Below, in pieces: positions 55,725 through 64,000 of a DNA stretch of 64,000 nt. Below the pieces are notes generated by a model. That model made no database searches and was not told the origin of the DNA. It was given only the letters and a program-made list of their open reading frames with translations. The stretch covers positions 9,548,001 through 9,612,000 of the forward strand of contig OX597831.1 in assembly GCA_951406725.2 (NCBI GenBank). The letters are read 5' to 3'. How positions within the stretch are numbered: position 1 is the first letter of the stretch; every line of letters starts with the position of its first letter. Made by a program: the position numbers and the translations under genes. The stretch comes from Octopus vulgaris (lineage: Eukaryota).

Positions 55725-56141
55725 CCTATACACGAGCATACATTCGTATGCAGACGTATGTATAAATGTACATACGATACACCTGTGTGCACGTGTGTTG
55801 GAGACAGCGTATGTGCATAATATATACAAACGATAAATAATGATAAACAAATAAAAGCATTCAGGATATATTAAGTTTCGTATTTACTATGATGTCCAAA
55901 CGCGATCGAATTCTAAAGTGAAGACATGAAACATATAAACACAATAGACTAACTTCAGACTGTATAAATCACCAAATAATGGTAGATTTATTGAACAGTG
56001 ATTATTAAATAGATATATATATATTTGTGGTGAATACAACTTATCAATATTAACTAGATATCTCCAATCTCCAGATAATAACTTGGCTAGACATCACCCT
56101 AAACTCATCAATTTTGCAACACATTGCATTTTATTACTATG

Positions 56142-56194
<53 letters not shown>

Positions 56195-56322
56195 CTAGTA
56201 ATATGTATATATACATACATACACACAATATATATATGCTTGTATACATGTATATATATATATCTGTATATGTACATATATATACATCTATATATATGCA
56301 TATATATATAAATATATATACC

Positions 56323-56353
<31 letters not shown>

Positions 56354-56392
56354 GCATATATACATATGTATGCATACATGTATGTATATATG

Positions 56393-56427
<35 letters not shown>

Positions 56428-56974
56428 ATATATCTATGTCTATATATGTTTGGATGTTTACACACACAGAGATGCATATATATATATATATATATATATA
56501 CTTGATTTAATTGGTCAAGTAGTGAATGCAAAAATTCATAATAATACAGTTTCCTAATCTAAACAGGAAACTTGGTTTTGTAACCAATAGGATCATTTTT
56601 CATTTAACCAATCCTTAATCCCAATTTAAGAATTGATTTTAGTTGAAAAATGATGGCAGAAACAAGAAAAAGGAGAGAAGATAACTAAGGATGAATAGCC
56701 ACCGTTTCGGATTATTTTAACATTAGGATTATTAACATGTTGATAACGAAACCACATTTGATGTGAAGTAATCTTATTCTCCGGTTGAGGAAGCAAAGGG
56801 TACTTTTAAACCGTCTTAGACGAATTGAGTTATTCTTGATTCTGTAGTAAGCGGCTTACAATGAAAATATGTTCCTAAAACATATTGAATGGCGTCGGGA
56901 AATTAGATTAATAGATAATTTAATTACATAAGGGCGATAATAATATTGTTTAGTAATAAAACGTTTGCTTCGTT

Positions 56975-57322
56975 GCCAGTGTCTTCTGTATCAGAAATAA
57001 TTTTGCTTCCTGGCCAAATGGTTTTTTGAATTCTATGCCACTCGTGACATCTTGAGCAAGTGTTTTGTAATGTAGCCTCGGATCGACCAAAGCCTTGTGT
57101 GTGTGTGTGTGCGTGTGCGTGTGTGTGTGCGCGGGTTTATCCCCCTCCACCGCTTGGCGAGCCGTGTAGGTGTGTTTGCGCTCCCGTAAAATAGTGGTTC
57201 AGCCGAAGAGTCTCATAGAATAATTACCAGGCTTCAAAATATTGTCAATTCATTCGACTGAAATCACTTCAAGGTTGTGCTCCAGCATGGACGCAGAGTC
57301 TAATGTCTGAAACAAGTAAAAT
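56975..57322 (+). mobile_element. Degenerate SINE family B
   Basis: cttgagcaagtg...tagcctcggatcgaccaaagccttg...gctccagcatgg...ctgaaacaagtaaaa. Confidence 0.8.
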
Positions 57323-57594
57323 ACATATATCAGAAGAGAAAACTCCAGTAAAGCCGGGAGTCATTAATAATCTTATCGGTTGCTGAATTGGAGGAGTTGA
57401 ATTAGGTTGAGGGACTTATTGTGTGGACAAGTAAATTCGTTCCTTTAAGGTGTCGACTTCGCACGCCATTGTCATACAAACGCTAAACTTTATTCATGTT
57501 TCAAAACCGATAAACGAATTTGTAGATGAAGAAAAGCGCATGAAAATCCATAAATTACGATCAGAATATTTTTCGAGTTTATTCAAATAATATT

Positions 57595-57805
57595 GATTCC
57601 AAGGTACAAGGCCAACAGTTTTGGGGGAGGAGGGAAGTCGATTAATTCGACACCAGGATACGACTGCTACGTAATTGTATCGACCTCGAAAGGATGAAAA
57701 GCAAAGTTGATCTCGGTGGCATTTGAATACAGAACCTAAAAACGGACGGAATGCCGCAAAGCATGTTTTTTACCGACGCGGTAACGATTCTGCCAGTTTG
57801 TCCCT
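57595..57805 (-). mobile_element. SINE family A
   Basis: ggtacaaggcc...cgaaaggatgaaaagcaaagttgatctcggtggcatttgaa...aacgattctgccag. Confidence 0.8.
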
Positions 57806-59791
57806 TTTTTATGCAAATAATATTGAAAAGGATTAGCATACATGTGAGATTGGGGAACGGACGAATTTCTTTGACAATCAATAGAATTTGTGACGAAGCA
57901 CAAAAGGGATTACCTCAAATGAAATTAAATAGTAATTTAGAACTCACCCAGAACATTGTTGCTTCTTAAATATTTGATATCCTCACCTTACGAATAATAA
58001 GTATTGTCACTTGATTATGGAAGAATACTTTCGTCCAATATTCTATCATTATCGCTAAATTTCTCACTGAGGAACTCGATATAATAATGATACTTGTAAT
58101 TCTTTGAATTACTTATTGTGGTCAGTCGTGGGACAGCAGTCATGTTGGGGTACGTAATTCAGGCATTTAGTCGACCATACAGGGTCCTGTATTTACTTTA
58201 ATCTCGTATTTATTTCTTATATATCTCTCGTACTGAACCGGATAAATAACTGGATAAATTAGAAACACATGCGTACTCACTTATTTATATTCATACTCAC
58301 ACATATACAAATAAGTGCTTGTGTGCGTGTGTGTGCGTGTGTGTGTGCTGTGTGTGTGTGTGTGTTCATACAATGTATTCCGCACATTTTCAGTTACTAA
58401 AAATATTGGTCGATCCGAGACAATAATTTGCGATTGTTCCTGTATGCAGCAAAGCTGAAGCGAACCCGTCGTCACGTGGTTAGTGAAGAGAAGTTCACAA
58501 TGCACTTATTCCGAAATCCCTACACACTTCCATGTTTAACAATAGTTGCATCTTCTTGCATTCCTCTGGATGAAAAACGAATAACTTCTTTTGTTGAATA
58601 TTCGACGATGAGGTGAGCGAAGAAAATAAAATGACAACAAATTATAAAATAAAGGAAAAACTACTACAAACAAAACACGCAGCAAAACAAAAGTTCCTCA
58701 AAAAAAAAAAAAGAAGAAAGCTAAGCACCGTTCCACATTTTCTGTCCTGAACATTTATTTATGTCAACCGTCAATAAATCAAGTCATGTGCATTAAATTG
58801 ATGTCAGAAGTGTCTGTGGCCTTGTTGTTCGTATTTTTTTTAGTTTTTCGTATGATAAAGTCATACTGCGTCTATATAAAGAAAGCAAAATTTAAATGTT
58901 TTTTTTTGTTTTCATTTTCTCATTTTCTTTTATGCATTTCTTAGCTGGTTGGGATATTTGCTTCGGAGACTTTTTTTTTCTTGGTAATCAACCATCATAA
59001 TCAATCAACAATTGATCTAATGAAACAGTAAATATATGTCTAAATTACATTTGTCAGAATAAAACGTTTAGTGAATATCTTGTTACGAGAGAACGATTTG
59101 TGCTTCTTGAAATAATTTCGTGCTAAAAGAAAACCTTGATATATTAGACAATGAACGACGCTTTTTTTCACTTTCACTCTTTCAAATCGTCACGTGGCCA
59201 TTTTATTTAGATTCGTTAAAATTGTATCGTAACTAGATTGTCTTGTTTGCTTTCTCTTTGTAGTTTGTGTTTACGTTTTTGTGGTCTGGCAATAGTTCGT
59301 TACGTCTATTATCACTTCAGTCCATCATTGCTAAATATAACTTCCCATTCGACAGGAATTTCTGATGATTTCGGGGTTACAGGTTGTCACACACATTCAC
59401 ACACGCGCGCACACAAAGACACTCGCGCGGTAAATGTGAGAAAAGTAAGGAAATAAAAACAAGAACCAAAAAAAATAGTAAGCTATGAGATCGTTAGAGA
59501 TGGATTGAGGGAGATGAAGAGAAGAAAATGCTCAAAATGTGCAGGCATGTGTGCACGCATTTGGACGTGGGCGTTTGTTTTGGATGCACGTGATAGGCTA
59601 CAAAATAGATGAAAAACGCGGGACGGAAATAGATTAAGACAAGAAGCGAAGAAAAAATTTCGTGTGAATTGACAGAAACGCGTTTGTGTAAGGAAGCGGA
59701 AAAAATTTTGAGAAGTGCAAACGGGGGAGAGTGTTAGGAATACGTGAGCAGGAACACATACTCACACGCATGCACGCACACGTACACACTT

Positions 59792-59846
<55 letters not shown>

Positions 59847-59883
59847 CTATCTGTCTGTCTATGTATCTATCTATGTATGTATG

Positions 59884-59921
<38 letters not shown>

Positions 59922-59955
59922 CCTGTCTATCTATCTATCTATCTATCTATCTATA

Positions 59956-59988
<33 letters not shown>

Positions 59989-60372
59989 CGCACGCACATA
60001 CATAGTCTCTCTATGTTTCTCAGTTTCTCACACGCATATTCAGAGTCTCTCTCCCTTTCTCTCCCTCTCTTTTTCTCTCACACATCCATGCACATATAGA
60101 TGATCCTCCGTCGGTTTCAGCGATGGAGATACAGTTGTTCGATCACCTGAATTGTTTTCAAGGGACTGAAGATTTCCCAGACCCTTCCACTCCATAATTC
60201 TCCGGCACACCAAGCACGGCACAGTGTGTGGCAACAAATCTGAACAGTTTCCACATACCTCGAATTCACTCACACGAGAAAGATCGATTCGAACTCATGA
60301 CACATTCAAAATATCAGGTTCTAGGATCGAACACGAGATGTCACTTTGCAAAGCGAGCTTCTTAAATACTTT

Positions 60373-60530
60373 AGGTGTGGTTGTGTGGTAAGAAGCTTGC
60401 TTCCCAACCACATGGTTTCGGGTTCAGTTCCACTGCGTGGCACCGCTTGGGCCAGTCTCGTCTCCCATAGCCTCTTGCTGACCAAATGCATGTGGGTGGA
60501 TTTAATAAACGGAAATTGAAAGAAGCCTCT
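60373..60530 (+). mobile_element. SINE family B 5' half
   Basis: gtgtggtaagaagcttgcttcccaaccacatgg...cactgcgtggcacc. Confidence 0.85.
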
Positions 60531-60626
60531 CATATCTATATCTATATATGTATGTATGTATCTATCTATCTATCTATCTATATATATATTTATGTATGTA
60601 TGTGTATATATATATATATATTTATG

Positions 60627-60675
<49 letters not shown>

Positions 60676-60676
<1 letters not shown>

Positions 60677-60787
60677 GGTGAATTGAAGAAATGGAGCTGA
60701 ACGCAGATTGAACAGAAATCGTTTTATTTCATTGAAATAAAACGATTTCTGTTCAATCTGCGTTCATTCCATTTCTTCAATTCACCA
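60676..60787. repeat. Near-perfect 112-bp palindrome
   Basis: Arms 60676-60731 and 60733-60787 are reverse complements except one GC/A difference; 1-nt centre. Confidence 0.95.
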
Positions 60788-60943
60788 ATAATATTTTAAT
60801 TTCAATTATCCGCACCAACGCACGGTTGCAACACCATATGGTTGTACCTCCAACCGTGCTGTTTACTGCTGTGATTTTTGCTACCAAGGTATCGTTAAAC
60901 TTTTGATTAATCTACTACAAGATTATTCATCTTTCTATTTCAC

Positions 60944-60992
<49 letters not shown>

Positions 60993-61819
60993 GATAGGTG
61001 AAAATCGGTGAAGTAGGAACAATATTGCAGTGTATATATTTTTAAAATCAATTTTATAATTTGTACATGTTTATTTTATCAGAGAATGCAGAACAACATC
61101 TCAGAGGAATCGACGTAAGCTTGAATAATAAACCGCAATAAGTGAACCGCGATATGGCGAGGGATTACTGTACACATATACATAGGTACATAATATACAC
61201 ATACATACGCACAAACATACATATACATACGTACATACACACACAATTAAATACATACATACGAACATACATAGGTATAACATAATACTTCTCCGACACA
61301 TAATATGGCCGCTAAAATTTCAGTACTAAATATTGGACTTCGCAAATGCAGCAATTCAGACAAAACAAAGCACATTATTTGCCTTTAGCCATGAATCACG
61401 TCTTTGCTGAAGCGTTATCCTTATCAATACCACCATGACTCAATATTTAGCGTATTTAAAACTTGTTTTCCTCTCAACTGAACAACGATTGATTTCTTTT
61501 ATGAATATGCAGCGATAAGATTATCAACAACCCAAAAAAAAAACCACAAAAAAAAACCAAAAAAAAACAATATATCAACCAAGATTATAAAGGTCCACAA
61601 CTAGCTGCCATATTGCATGAAGTTTAGTAACACCTGACTTGTGTAATCCGACAATGTATTAAGTAATATTTTAAGATTTGAAATCAGTGCTTTTTATAAT
61701 ATTTGTAATTTTTAATTCTGTTATGTAAATATGGTTTATATATTTCTAATGAAAATGTCAAGTATATCAGGTTTGACGCGTTCGCTTTCCTGTTGCAGTT
61801 TTAATTTCTATGTATATTT

Positions 61820-62262
61820 TAATCCTTTACTTGCTGCAGACATTGGATTGCGACCCTGGTGGGGCACCGCCTTGAAAGGCTTTAGACGGACAGATCGACG
61901 CGAGTGAGTAATTTTTATGTAAAATATCAGCCGCATATTCAATCTTTCACTTTTGCCGAACAGTTAAGTTGCAGGGATGTAATCAAACTATCACCTGTTT
62001 TCAAGCGATGTTGCAGAGTAAGAAACACAGACAGAAATACACACACACACAGACACACACACAGACACACACACACACACGCACTCACACACATTTCTAA
62101 CGGGTTTCTACACAGCCCTTGTCTACCAAATTCACTCACCAGACACCTTTCAGCCTGGAGTCAACGACGAGGACACCCTAGGTGCCGTATGGTGCGACTG
62201 AACCCGAAACCAAGTGGTCGGGAAGAGCAAATATGTAACCACACCGGTTTACATGCACCTAT
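61820..62262 (-). mobile_element. Degenerate SINE family B
   Basis: gggcaccgccttgaa...ttttgccgaac...gtctaccaaattcactcac...gactgaacccgaaacc. Confidence 0.78.
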
Positions 62263-62710
62263 ATTTAGAGATCTATTGTGGAATATCTTTCTGGTCATCA
62301 ATCATCTTGCTGTATAACAATTGACTTAATGAAGCATTAATCATATGTCTAATTGATTTCTGATTTTAAAAAGTTAACGAACTGCGAATATCTTTGTTAT
62401 AATAATGAGTTGCACTTCTTGAAATAATTTCGTAAAAGCCTGATATTTTGGACAATTATTAATACTGTCTTACACTTAGAACTTTCAAAATGACATTTCG
62501 ATTTCGATTTTCTTTAACATTACACGAGTGTTGTTCCAAGTTTTGTTTTGTGTGTTCGCATTTTGATGGCTTCTGCAGCAGTCATCTAATGCCTAATTAT
62601 TACACTTCAGCGTTGCTAAATATAAAACACTTTGAATGTGAATATCGTAAGGTTCAAACGCACATATTATATGTGAATAGTAGCGCACAAAACAGGAATA
62701 TCACAAGTAC

Positions 62711-62757
<47 letters not shown>

Positions 62758-63390
62758 GAAGGAGAGAGAAAAGAGGAAGAAATAACAAACCCGAGATGGT
62801 TATACTTATGCATATCACTACTAAACTCTGGCAAGAGTAGGGTTTTGGTTTGCTGTAGGTAAAGGAATTTGAGAGAAAAACAATAGCTAAAGTCGCAGAA
62901 AAAAAAAATTTAAGAAGAGGGAAAATGAACGGGCAAAAAAACCGGAAATATGTGTAAGGGTGACGTGAAAATTTATATCAGAGCTGGACGCGGATACATA
63001 CATACATACATACATACATACATACATACATACATACATACATACATACATACATACATACATACGTACATACGTATGTACGTACATATATATATTGACA
63101 GAGAGACAAATAGACGTACATACACAAACACGCATGAGCAGACACTCACACACAAACAAATATATTTATATTTCTTTCACAAGAATAGTGAAATCAGTAA
63201 CTTCGAAATTTTGGCCTGCTTATCAGTTATCGGACTGTCTGCACAATCCAAAATTTCGAAGTCTTTGCCAAAATTATTCTTGATAAAGAATAAGAATTAT
63301 GAATTTTTAGAAAAGAATTCAGCAGTCCCTCTGGCTAATACACATTTTTCTGCAATATAATTGGATATAAAAACAAAGGAAATTATATTC

Positions 63391-63483
<93 letters not shown>

Positions 63484-63605
63484 TGTAACGCAAAGTTTTG
63501 TCAGTCGCGATCTCAAAGCGCCGAAAATATTTTGACAAATTTAAATTAAATGTTGAAGTGATGCTAACGGTTTTTGTGTATTTCTTAAATGGCTTATAAA
63601 CACCT

Positions 63606-63660
<55 letters not shown>

Positions 63661-63669
63661 TATATTTTT

Positions 63670-63862
63670 CCCATGATTGATCGATAAATCCACAATTTTC
63701 GTTTTTTTTTTAATTTTTCATTCCATCTCTGTTTATTTCCTCGTGTTACTTTCTGTTGAAGAGCGTAGGCTCGAGATGTAAAAGACTTTGACACTTTCCC
63801 GAGTGTGAAACCTGTTTGTTCTTTATACACCTGTCACCGTTTTTCTGTAAATTTCATCTATG
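63670..63862 (+). mobile_element. Short hammerhead-bearing PLE-type repeat, family H1, copy 3
   Basis: cttt-ctgttga-a-gagcgtaggctc-gagatgt-a-aaag (GAAAC decayed); flanked by (TA)n. Confidence 0.78.
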
Positions 63863-64000
63863 TATATATATATATAATGCAGAAATTGTAAAATATGTAT
63901 AAATAGATGATGACTAAATCACCGGCACAGTGTCGATTACCTGTTGTTATCCGCATTGCAGGACCTTCCAAGTGGTGGTTCGGGTAACCGTGTTAATAAA

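Noticed and set aside
58393-58620. Possible exon (ttttcag acceptor to GAG|GTGAGC donor) with a 62-aa ORF
   Set aside because: No recognisable protein similarity or partner exons; splice-like words are common in AT-rich DNA

Overview
AT-rich, repeat-saturated eukaryotic DNA that looks intronic or intergenic. The SINE families and the density of (AT)n/(AC)n/(GATA)n/(AAT)n microsatellites resemble an octopus (coleoid cephalopod) genome; this is recognition, not a database result. I can support no host protein-coding gene: almost all listed ORFs are translated microsatellites or SINEs. Supported content: a 5'-truncated Penelope-like element (RT thumb plus GIY-YIG, 9915-10880); DD37D/maT and mariner relics; an RTE-LINE 3' fragment; two non-autonomous Helitrons; hAT MITEs with 8-bp TSDs; three tRNA-derived SINE families; a tRNA-Glu pseudogene; and a 5'-truncated U2 snRNA copy with a 3' hairpin and (ATT)n tail. 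The most interesting signal is a set of short non-coding Penelope-type repeats carrying minimal type I hammerhead-ribozyme folds. One family has a variant CUGUUGA core, and one element fuses a tRNA-like Pol III head to a hammerhead module. Several fold-back junctions accompany these. Coordinates of degenerate repeats are approximate and were read by eye.
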